The translations under genes were made by a program, and so were the position numbers. Of a stretch of 64,000 nucleotides of DNA, positions 25,196 to 37,100 are shown in pieces. Source of the DNA: Podarcis vaucheri (Eukaryota); assembly GCA_965113315.1 (NCBI GenBank), contig OZ220363.1; one strand, given 5' to 3'. Each line of letters starts with the position of its first letter. Position 1 is the first letter of the stretch. Below the pieces are notes generated by a model, which worked only from the letters and a program-made list of their open reading frames with translations, was not told the origin of the DNA and did not search any database.

Positions 25196-28100
25196 TATTC
25201 TGGTTGGCTTACAACATAATATAAAAATATAAATATAAAAACACAATGTTTTGACTTGGTACTGGAAGTCTATTGATGTACACTAACATTCCCCTAAAGG
25301 TAGGGGGTCAGATTCAAGTATCCCACTACACTAGCTGAAGGCAGTGCAAGGACTCCTGCTAACACAACTGGTCTTCCCTCTTCTCCTCCCCCCAAATTTG
25401 CTCTGAAGGATTGTGAGAAGCCCCAAACAGCATGTGAGGGAGGGAAGGTAGTTCTGTCTAGCAAGCAGAAATGCTTGCACTGATTGAATTATTTTATTAG
25501 TGCAACATGGATTCCCTCCTAGGGAATTCCATAGTCAGGGTGCCACCATAGAGAAAGCTCTATGCTGTGTCCCCATACAATGAGCTGTCTCCATCCACAG
25601 GGCACAAAATGCTGCCTCTGCAGATCTTAGAGCCCAGGTTGACTGGTAAAGGAATCCCAACATAGCTCCTTGCTATGACCTCTCTCACCTGAATCTGTGT
25701 TGATTCTATTATTATACTGGCATAAAAGCCTTAAAAGCAGTGCATACGCATAACATAGTATGATTCTAAATACAACTCAACTATTTGTTTTAGGTCATGA
25801 ATATATGGGCCTTCCATATATGTCTTCCATGTAAGTAGTTAAGAGCCGTTCAAAGGCACCATGCTGATTGTCAGAAACTCGTATGACAATGTCCTTTGGC
25901 CCTGTGGGCTTGCAATACACAGGCCTCAAGCCAGGCCCTTCCTCACCCTCCTTTCAGAAAGACTTCATGACTTATTTCCAACCAATAAGGCATATTCAAG
26001 CAATCCATGTTGTAGCTATTGCTGCCTGAAGAGAAATAGAAGGTGATAATACTGGCTGAACTGATGCTCAGGTATTACTAAGTGTATGGAGGGGGTAGAT
26101 TCAGCCATGCTTACATTTACTGGCTATCTTCTGTCTTCTCATTCTTATGAGCACTTGGGTAACTCCACCCCCCCAAAAAAAATGCCTTTTTCAATAACAA
26201 GTTGATACAGAAATGACTTTTCTTTGAGACTGATAAAAGTATAATTGCCAATACTGTGTTCATTCTAAAAGGAGGAAGCCCTCCTCATGCCTTACCCAGG
26301 ATTACTCTGGTTTCTAAATCACACAGAATGCCTCTGTATGTAGATAAAGCTCCCTGCTGCAGAAGCTATATTCAGTGTAGCTAAATATACAATCAAGATG
26401 CTTTCATTATGTCTCTGAATACCGATTGCTTGGGATCACAAGCAGGAGAACGCTTTTGACTTCCTATCCTGCTTGTGGGCTTCCCGTAAGCATCCATCTG
26501 GCCTCTGTTGTAACAGAATGATAAAATAGGCCCAAGCAGGGCTCACCTAATATTTTTATGTTCTTTATATGTGAGCAACGCATGAAGAGGGCTACAGATC
26601 CTTAATATTGTCCACTTATATCTAATGGCCCCGAGCCCTTCATAACATGCCCCATTTAGACGTGGAGCTTTAAATTAATTGAAGCTACAGTAGATGCGGC
26701 ACTGTATCAAACTGCAAACGGTGTAGAAAAGGAACATTGGCAGAGTTTCGAAAATGCTTTCAGTTAGGTGTGTTATTGTAAAGGGGGACTGCTGAAAGAA
26801 ATTAAACCTTCGAAGAGTGATACAACTGTCTGAAGCTCCCAGCCCTTCAATATCCAAGAAGGTGCGAACTACGCTGATTTGTAATCAGGAATAAAGCATT
26901 CTGCAATATCATCTGAAAGGAAATTAACTGTTTACCATATGTGCACCATCATACGAAAAGAGATTGCACACAGAGACCTGGTGTGATAGGACCTTATGTT
27001 AATTGTAGAACTACCACTTTCACAATGTAGAGCTTTGATAATTGACATCATAAAAGGCATCTATATCACTGCTACTTGAAACTGTGGGAAATTTATGCAG
27101 CCAAACATATCTATACATAATTGTCAGTAAGAAAGGGGTTAGGGATCCCAGAGTTCTTAACTGCTAGAAAAGACTCAGGTTGGTCATGACCTCTCTCCTT
27201 TGGACTGGTTCTTCTCTTAGAACCATGCAGTTCACCAGATGCATGAAACTGGAGCTCCCAAGCAATGACTCCATGTCCGAATATACTTTTTATATTGTGT
27301 AACTTAAGAATACCTTATCCATGCTGTTTCTGCTGGGGCACAGAGTTCTCATTACTACAAGTAAAGCATTTAAACTTAAGGTTGTGGTCTATTCACTCCA
27401 AGGTGGGAGAGTACAATTGTAAGTGCTTAATACTGGGGAATATAAAGGTTTAACCACACATATTCCCCACACTTTGCAAATGCTGCACTTATTTCTGTTT
27501 TAAGCTCTGTTGGGAGCTCCGAGAGTGAGTCAGGCCCCCACACTTTTGAATTCAGACAGTCACCCATTTTTTTCTGCTGTTTCCTACACGAGGGACTTCA
27601 GAATTAACTTATATTCCCCAGATATTTCCCAAAAGAAACAACATGATTCTGCATCTGAAATAGCAGTACAGTGGTACCACGGGTTACAAACTTAATTCGT
27701 TTCAGAGGTCCGTTCTTAACCTGCAACCGTTCTTAACCTGAGGTACCACTTTAGCTAATGGGGCCCCCCACTGCTGCCACACCACCGGCGTGCAATTTAT
27801 GTTCTCATCCTGAGGTAAAGTTCTTAACCCAAGGTACTACTTCCGGGTTAGTGGAGTCTGTAACCCGAAGTGTTTGTAACATGAGGTACCACTGTACAGT
27901 GGTACCTCTGGTTGCAGATAGATCCCGAGGTTTTCACAACCTGAGGACTGCCTCTGCGCATGCGCAGACCGTCTACTGCTTCTGCTCATGTGGTGAAACC
28001 CAGTAAAATACTTCCGGGTTTGCCGTGCATGCATCCCGAAGTTTACGTAACCAGAGAGTTACATAAACGTAGGATCGACTATATATATATATTTAGAGCA

Positions 28101-31100
28101 GGTACTTCTGGTGTTGAGAAGGAGGAAAAGGTCACTGCTTTGGACCTTTTTTTGGTGTTTTTAAGTGCCAATCTATATTTCCCCCACCCCAAACCAGATT
28201 GCTGAAGTCTGTACACAGTTCAATGGACTTAATGCTGTATTCATTCTGGATACAAGCAACATGTGAACCGCAAAGTAAGTTCTGTATTCTCAGGTACAAT
28301 TTGGGCTTATCTTTAATTATAAGAGGATACTAATTCGGCACTTTCAGGGTAGAGGTTCCAGCAAATTGGATTGAGGATTACCACCTCCTGCTCTTCTGAA
28401 AGATCCAAGACAAATTAAATCAGCCCCAGAAGGTCTCTCCTGACAGACTTTTAGTATTGACTTTTCATTATATTGTGAAGAGATTTCTAAAAATAACTTC
28501 TCTAACACCAGCAGTGAAAATGTATAACTGAAAAGGTAAGGGGTTCAGCAGAAAGAAAATAAAAATGGTTTACTGTTAGAACAACATAGAAGTGTCAATG
28601 TGTTCCTTTCCCCCCACTTCTTCTTCCCTTGGCAGTGAGCACAACATAATTGCATTTGAACAGGGAGGCCAATATGGTGGCTCCCACAACTTGTTACACT
28701 ACAACTCCTATCTGCCCCAGTGAGACTGGCCAATGGTCAGAGATGTGGAAAGTCCAGCAACATTTTGAGGGTACAATGTAAGCAACCCCCTGCCTCAGAA
28801 ATATAACTATTTCCATGTTTTACGATTGAGTCAGATGGGTGGAGTGTGAAGCTTGCACTCTCAGAATTAACACTTTTCCAGTACCCTTCTGTTAATTCAG
28901 TTGTCTCAACTATTAATTTCCCAGATCTTTCTTCTTGCTTGACAACCCATATACAGTTACACTAGATACTGTCACCCCTGCTTGCTCCATTCACCAACCC
29001 CTTTGCTAACTCCTCTCCCCCTTGGCTACACCCTCACAGCTAGCTCAAACCTCCCTTCACCCTATAGCCTCACAACTCATCCTACCCCATCCCTCAGAGT
29101 AGCACGAGTTGGGTCTAGTTGTTTAGGCCATTACAAACAAAGGCTCAGTCTCATCAGTGGCGTAGCGTGGGGGGTGCAGGGGGGCGGGCTGCACCGGGCG
29201 CAACATCTGGGGGTTAGGGTTAGGGGGCGCAAATCCACGGGTTAGGGGGCGCAAATTACTTGCCTTGCCCCGGGTGCTGACAACCCACGCTACGCCACTG
29301 AGTCTCATTAAAGATTATACGCACAGTGGAAGACGGAATATGTTTGTGTGAAACCAAAGTTCACTCCTATATCCCATTCTACATATCACGGTCACATGTG
29401 AACTGACTAACAGAGGTTTTCCGACACTGCTGGAAATCAGTGCATGTCTTAAAATATCATCCTGGATTGAAGAGGTTTCAAACTGTAGCTCTTTGGTTTA
29501 CAATTGAAGACCCGTAGGTCAAAAGGCAACTAGCAATCCAAGAAATAAATAAAATGAGTAGAACAGAAAATAGTCACCAGAAGACTAAAGAGAACACCGA
29601 TTTCTTAAAATGTGCATATTTAGATTCAAATTTAGTAACAATTGCAATACTTTAAATAGAAATACAATACATCTCACCAGCCTTCTGCCCAAGTACTAAT
29701 TGTTGGTGGACAATTTCAATGCCCCAGCCCTCCCTTCTTATCATTCTTTGTTTTAAAACTATACTTGGACTATACAGTCCTTCAAGTAGAGGACTATCTT
29801 CTGTTAAAGTAGGACACATGACAACCCAAATCTAGAGTAGTTTTGTTGCCTTACTAATCATTATGGATGCTTCATCTTATACAAACGATTTATGTAACCA
29901 TACATTAACATATACTTTATGACGTAACTTAATTTGCTCAACAGTGTTTTAATGTTGCAGACATGTGCAACTGTAGAAACTCTTCAGCTTTTTAAAAGAG
30001 TTCATAACTAGTATACTAGCAAATAGTACCCACATATACTAAGTAGCAACCCAGTTGTACTAGCAATAATTTAAATATTGTAAGAAAAAAGGAAAACTAA
30101 ATGGACAGCAGAAACAGAATATTGGGAGAAACGTATATGAGGCAAATTGCCTGAAAGCAGCACAACCCACAAGTGCAGACAGCTCTTTTCAGTTTTAGGT
30201 GTTCTAAAGGGGTGGGGGGAGAGTATGATAAATTCAGTCTTATCAATAATCAAAGGTTAGCAGATGCTGAAGGTTCTTCTGTGCACTTCCCATTCATGCT
30301 AATGAGATTCCTTGCTAATTGCTATTTCTTTTCATATTGCTACACTGGGAGGGGGGAGGGATCTGAAAACATTCTGTAACATTATGTATAGTTTAGATGT
30401 GCAACTTCCAGTTTCATTAACCAGAATTTCCTTTGCACTGTGAGAGCTTTATGAGAAAAAGACACGCCGAGGAATCTAGATGACGATGTTTTCAATTTCA
30501 AATGTGCTATACTTAGCAATCTGAGCAATGCTAATTTGGCAGGTGGGCTAAAGACTGTATAACACAGCTCTGTTTGCCATTTCCCAACACTGGAGCAAGA
30601 GGATGACAAGTCATCAGCGAGCTGTTACAAATGGGGCTTATGCAAGGAGGTATACAGACCAAGATATAACTACATGAGCCATATCATCTAGTAGGGTAAA
30701 AGTAAAATATCATAATAAGTGAAAAGTGGTCCAGTTCAGATATAACATTAAACCATGGTTTAACATTGCCAAAAAGGGCCTTCTCTAGCCTTGAAGATCA
30801 GAAGCAACCTCATACTGAACCAAACCATTGGTCCACCTAGCCTAATATTGTTGACACTGACTGACAGTGACTCTTCAAGGTTTCAGGTGGTTGGTATTTC
30901 CCAGTCCTTCCTGGAAATGCCAGGAATCGAAGTGCAACCTTCTGCGTGCAAAGCCTGTGCTCTACCACTGAGCTACAGCACTTGCCCCTAAAAGCAAAAT
31001 TATGAAACCAGGCCACTATCTAACCAAACAGTAAGTTAGGAATCCTTGATGCAAATACAAATGATTAATTGATGATGGATGGAGTCTGAGAAGCCATTCT

Positions 31101-34100
31101 AATTCCCCATCTGAACTAAGTAGATCTCTTAAGCTTGGATGCCTTCCATAACACTCCCACTACTTCCTGTAAGATATCAGCCTTCAAATAGCACATCTGT
31201 GTTAAAAAGGTAATTGTGTGGTGGGCCCTCGGCTCCACACTGAAGGCCACGTGTGAAAAGCAGCTCATACAAACCAGCTGATTTTTAACTACAACAGAAC
31301 CCTCCCCTTTCCTTTTCCCACTGGTAAGGACTCTGATCCAAGCGAGTCTCCTGCTGGTGGTCTGCCTCCCTGCCTGCAACTCCCAATACCACTTCCAACA
31401 CGGCTCTGGTTTCCCAGTGCTCCAGAGCAACATTTTGGAGGAAACAGAAAAGTGGATGGGGAAAGGGAAATCTGCAAAAAAATATCTTCTCCTTCCTGCT
31501 TTCCACCAGCAAGAGCAGAGTTCAAAGGAAATTAGGATTCTATCTATCTTTTGATTGATAATGGTTTAATTTTGCCTTGTTTAATTTTTGCATTTTTAAA
31601 GAATTGACCACTTTAAGCTTGTGGGGAAATGGTACAATATATTTAGATAAATATATATAAGCTACCCCAATGAATTCTTTGCACACTTTTGAATCAGACA
31701 CTTTTATTATGGCCAGTGCAGTTCTGCTGCCATGATCATATATGAATTCTATTAGCACAGTGACCTTCAGGTGCTACTAAACTATGACTCCCAACCACTG
31801 ACTAGGCTGGCTGTGGATGGTGGGAGCTTTAGTGAGAAAGTGGGTGTAATTTTAATTTGCTTTAGTATTTTAACTTCTGCATGTTTTAAAGTAGAGTTGT
31901 AATTTTATTCTTGGTTTTAGTCTTTTATCTTTTGGTAAACTGCTTGGAGGTTTGTTTGTTTTTTACTATCAAACAATTCATGATTTTTATGAAACAAGGA
32001 AATAGTTACCGTATTTTTCGCTCTATTGGATGCACCGGACCATAGGACGCACCGGACCATAGGAGGGGGAGAACAGAAAAAAAAATTTTTTTTTCTTGTT
32101 CTCCCCCTCTAAGTCAAGGTGCGTTCTGTGCGTTCAAGGAGTTCCCGCTGGGCTCTGGAGGCTTTGGGTTCCTTTCAACCTGCTCTTTGGGGCTGGCGTG
32201 GGGGGGGGAGCACTGCTTTCCCCCACCACCAGCCTCCAAACCAGGTCGGGGAACAGCGGGAAGGCGGCGCTCCGCCTCCCCGCTGTCCCTCCAGCTTGTG
32301 GGGCTGGTGGTGGGGAGAAGCGCTGCTTTTCCCCACCGCCAGCCTCCAAATCAGGTCGGGTTTGGAGGCTGCTATCCGCAAGCCTTGGGAGCCCAGCGGG
32401 AACTCCCGCCGAGCTCCCAAGGCTTGCGGATATCCGCCCAAAGCATGGAGAGCGAAAGTGGTCGGTGCACACCGACCCCTCTCACTCTCCAGGCTTCAGC
32501 GAAAGCCTGCATTCGCTCCATAGGATGCACACACATTTCCCCTTCATTTTTGGAGGGGAAAAAGTGCGTCCTATAGAGCGAAAAATACGGTAAACAATAT
32601 CTGGAGGGCACTTGCCACACATGCATCAGATGCTTAAAAAGTCAGAAGCAGATTATTGTGGTATGTGCTCACTACAATTTTAAAAATCTAGTATCATTTT
32701 TCAGCTATTACATACAATCAAAATCATTCTCTCTTGCAAAGATTCTAGGACAAATTATTTTTAACCTGAAAAGCTTTCCTTCAAGAAATTTCACCCAGGT
32801 AAAATACCCAGTTTGGCACACACACACACCTGTGCACATTTGTGTGTGCGCACAAACACAGACCGAGCCTCAATGGTGCCTCGAAAACCCAGATAGCCCC
32901 CCAACCCTTGTAGCTACGGCTCTGGCTATTATTATCATGAACGGGGGGGGGGGGACCTGTGCAATCTCTGCAATGGTCAAAGCGTATAGGAATGTTTTCC
33001 ATGCTCAGAAATGGAGAAACTGCAATATCCTGAGTGGTAGTAGTGACTTGTGTAGATCCCTTTGGTTTTCTCTCAACATTTGTACAGTTTCTGTGAAAAA
33101 TCTACCATCCACCTCAGGGAAGTTATTCTTGGGATAATCAAGTGGTTATTTTGTTTAACATCTGATCCCTTCCGAAGGTGGTGTGCGCATGAGTGCATGA
33201 TGTGAACCAAGCAGATAGCTCCTCTTATGGACAGCTGTATCTATATCTTTGGACAGGATTAAACTAATGAATGCTGTCACCAGAAGCCTTCTCAATTACT
33301 TCTTCTTGTACAACAGCTTCTCCTCTCCCTGCACTTCCTTCAAATTTGGCTCTGGGGTGTTGGGAGAGTCCCTGAAACAGCACATGGGAGGAGGGAGGGA
33401 ATTCCATCCAGCAAGATTAAATATTTGCCCTAATGGAACGATGGTCATATCTATTGATATATACCGGTAAATAATTTACAGGATGTTTAGTGAAGCTCTT
33501 CATACAATGACAATTTCATGTGACCTAGAATAGCATGCAAACAAATCATTTCATAAATCAGTTTAACTAATTTTAATGATTTATACTCACACTATTAAGA
33601 GGACAGGATATGCACTCCGTTCTGTGAAATCCTTTGGAAATGACAACTGTAAAGGAAGTTCTTTTAAGAAAAGAGTAAAACATTAAAGGCTGGTAGTTTC
33701 AAAGATGAAAAAATATATTATTTGAAAATGTTCTGTTTGGTTCTCAACAGCATTCAGATATATTTACCATAGTCATCAATGTGAAGCATTTTAGTTTCCG
33801 TCCTGAATGTTCTTTTCTTTAAGACTGCTTCATTTAATACAGAATTATTTTCTAGTATATAAAATTCTGCAAGAGCAAATGACAAGAAAAAGAAACGCAT
33901 ATGCGTGTGTCAATCGGTATAGTATAAAAATAACAATCCATATTTTTAAGGAGGCTGAATCCAAACCAAATGCATGTTCTAAAAACATATTTATATAATG
34001 GACACTATGAACACTCTTTAGCTCAATTTGTAACACAACTGAATTTGATCCATTGTTAAATACTGATGGTTACCTAATTGAGCCTGTTCTTGGGTGGATC

Positions 34101-37100
34101 AGGAATAATATTATCTATAGAATATAGAGAGAAGGGATGTTCAGCTGAGTAAGGCCACAAATGACTGCCTTGAGTATTTTCCTATTTCCACCTTTCAGTT
34201 CTCTGGGGTATGGATGGACAACTAAACTACTGTCGGCCAGACCTGGCTGAGGTGTGTTTGGAACTGCCCTGCAGCCTCCCCACCTCAATCCCAAATTAGG
34301 CTAAGGGGGAACAAAGTATCCGTTGAATCCAGGACAGGGCAGGTGATTTTCAGGGGCGCAGAGAAGGTCCAGAATTCAATCCCTGACATCTCCAGGTAGG
34401 GTTGGGAGAGGCTCCTGAAATCTTGCAGAACTGCTGTCAGTCAGCGTGAGCAAAACTGAGCCAGGTGGACCAATGGTCTGACTTGGCATACAGCAAAGTC
34501 CTTTGTTCCTATGGTCCTTAATTAAATGAACCAGTGCAGAAAAGGTTATACATCAGGGAATAGCTTGCCCAGCGTGCCAGAATGAAAAGAGAAGTTAAAC
34601 TCTAGTAATGCATTTTTCCAGTGCTCAATTCAGAATGCCACAGAACCTTAACATTACAACATGGTTTGAATTATTATTTTTTTAATCCAGCTGTATCTGG
34701 ATAAATATTTGATTGGTTTTCTCTCAGCTTCAATCTTCGTTTTTCATTTTTTATATCTCTCCTCATTTAGGGCAACAAGGGATAATCTAGCTAGGAAGTA
34801 ATTTCTGGGCAGTCAACCAAAATATTGTAATCACTGTTTCAGATACAGTAATTGAAGTAAACTTCAATCGTGTATTTTCTGCTTTATTAATAGAAGAGAT
34901 TATCTAATTTTGCATTCAGGCATTAGATACGTCATTGGTTTTATCGTAAATGGCAAACAATGATCTCTAGACATTATCCAATTTTCTGCTAAAAAATGCT
35001 CTGAACAAACGAAATCTTTCCTTTGAACCTTTGCAGATGGAGACTCTAAAAAGGATCAGAGCCAGTCATTGCTTCTTTGTACAAGTATCAAACCATTATG
35101 CTGACAACTGCCTAGTCCAGTTAACATAGACAAAAATATTGTACTTTAAAGAGAAATATCAAAAAGACTTGAACAAGGGATCATCTGGATCCAAGCCTTC
35201 ATCAATTAAAGTGCATTAGTTACATTATCCAAATGATGCACAGCTGCATGGAATGGACTGAAGTCTTTCCAGCCATACATTTGAAATTAAATTATATTTA
35301 ATGCCAAGAATGTTCAAACTAAATGCCAGCAGTACAGTAGTGCTAAAATTAATGAAATGTTGATATTTATTTTTGAGATTTCAAATAAAAAGGTAAGGAG
35401 AACACTGCAAATTCCCAGCTCTGCTGGCTGAAAGAAGTTAAGGAGGAGAGCAGGTGCCTGTTCACTGATAGAAAAGTGTAGAGCAGAGGTTCCAGTATAG
35501 GGACCCACATCTACACTAGCCTGGCCCCACATTGAAACCAAATGGGATAAAGAAATAAAAAGAAAATCCAGCTGGGGAAGCTTGTCCATACTTCCTGCTT
35601 TGGCCAGGATGAGCCAACAGGGTTTTGGATGTGGCAGGTAATCTGTCACTTCACACACTCCCAACCCTACTGGGCTTGTACTTTTATATCATCTGTGGAA
35701 ATTAGTTATTAGAGTAGAAAGAATATTCAGGAATTTGTCTGGGTGGGTTTTTTATTGGATATATCTTACAGTTTTGGAGAAACACACTGCACATTTTTAA
35801 AGAGTTTTGTAATACTGCAGAAGATTAAGAAAAGCAAAATTTGGTTTAATAAACGTAGGTTGAATTAGACAAGTAGCACTCGTAAAACAGCACCTTAATC
35901 CAAACTAATTGGATTACAGCTTTAAAGTATTTCAAAGCATATAACCGAGTCCCTGTAACAGGAACTCAATTTGCATAGTTAGTGAAAGGGATCGTGCCAT
36001 TGTGCCACCTAATTAACGCAAGCATTAACAGGAGTTAAAAGATATACATCTAGTATAACATCAGTCTGCAAAATCCCTGGTATGTTATAGTCACTTGATT
36101 AATTTTCCTCTACTCTTATCACTTACAGGGATGTTTATTGCTAGGCTGTAATTAAGATGGGTTTTCATAAATTAATTCTGCAAAGGTCTAAAAGTAAGAG
36201 AGAAAATCCACAATGAACTAGTAGTGTAGACTTACTTTCAGGATTGCTTGTACTATGCACACTGACAACTGGAACACCAGGTCCTATAACATCAGACAAC
36301 ATACACATACAATTATTAAACATAAAATTATAAAATATAGAGGCATCAGCACTTCAGTAGAAAGCAAGCATCTCATGATGCGCTTTAGCAGCTCTGCACT
36401 CAGTCCTCCAAACAATTAATGCATGTTCTTCAACACTAAACCCATGAGTAGTCTCGTTAATGCCAGCGCATTACTAGGATAGTCTCATGGCGAATAATAC
36501 AACTTTGAGGTACTATTATTATTATCATCTCAATTTTACAGTTGAGAAACTGACACATAGAGCGATTAATAGTCTGATTATAAAAAGTATGGAACACCTG
36601 CAGCTACTATTAAATTCAAAAGAGAACAGTGAGTATTCAGCACTTTTCAAAGTCATTTGGAGGCTGTTAGAGATTTAGGGAAATAACTCAAAAGTAATGT
36701 GTCCCAGGCTCAGTTCAAGATTCAAGGCCCAGACAACAGTATCACAGTCAAGGACAGCCTGACCTCAATTTATGTTCTTGCTGCTGCGATTTCTACTGTC
36801 CAACAGTCAAGCTGGCTTCTGAATCTGTTTCTTTCCAACTGTGGACTGCTCTTCATCAGCAGCAAGTTCCTATGCACTTTCCTGAGATTCCTGATAATGA
36901 AGGCAACTTGAGGCTATAGGACCAGTTCTCACATAATACTAAGCGAAACCATGGTTTAGTGCAAATGAGCAAACATGTAAATGGCAGCAGCAAAGATTAG
37001 ACTGCTTTGCTGCTCCCGCAGTCCTGCTCCTGCTCTGCTGGGTACATCAGAACCCAGCCTTGTGCTTTTTATCTTCCAGACAAACTATGAGCAGTAAACC

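Noticed and set aside
30910-30981. tRNA-like sequence (also at 1102 and 24743)
   Set aside because: These are tRNA-derived SINE heads followed by SINE bodies, with no intact cloverleaf.
32096-32626. Six overlapping ORFs up to 165 aa
   Set aside because: They lie in a GC-rich TIR element where stop codons are scarce; no transposase or other domain is recognisable.
32658-33137. 159-aa plus-strand ORF (and other 100-130 aa track ORFs such as 1861-2250, 40607-40993, 44077-44472)
   Set aside because: No recognisable homology; many use non-ATG starts or overlap repeats; lengths are consistent with chance ORFs in intronic DNA.
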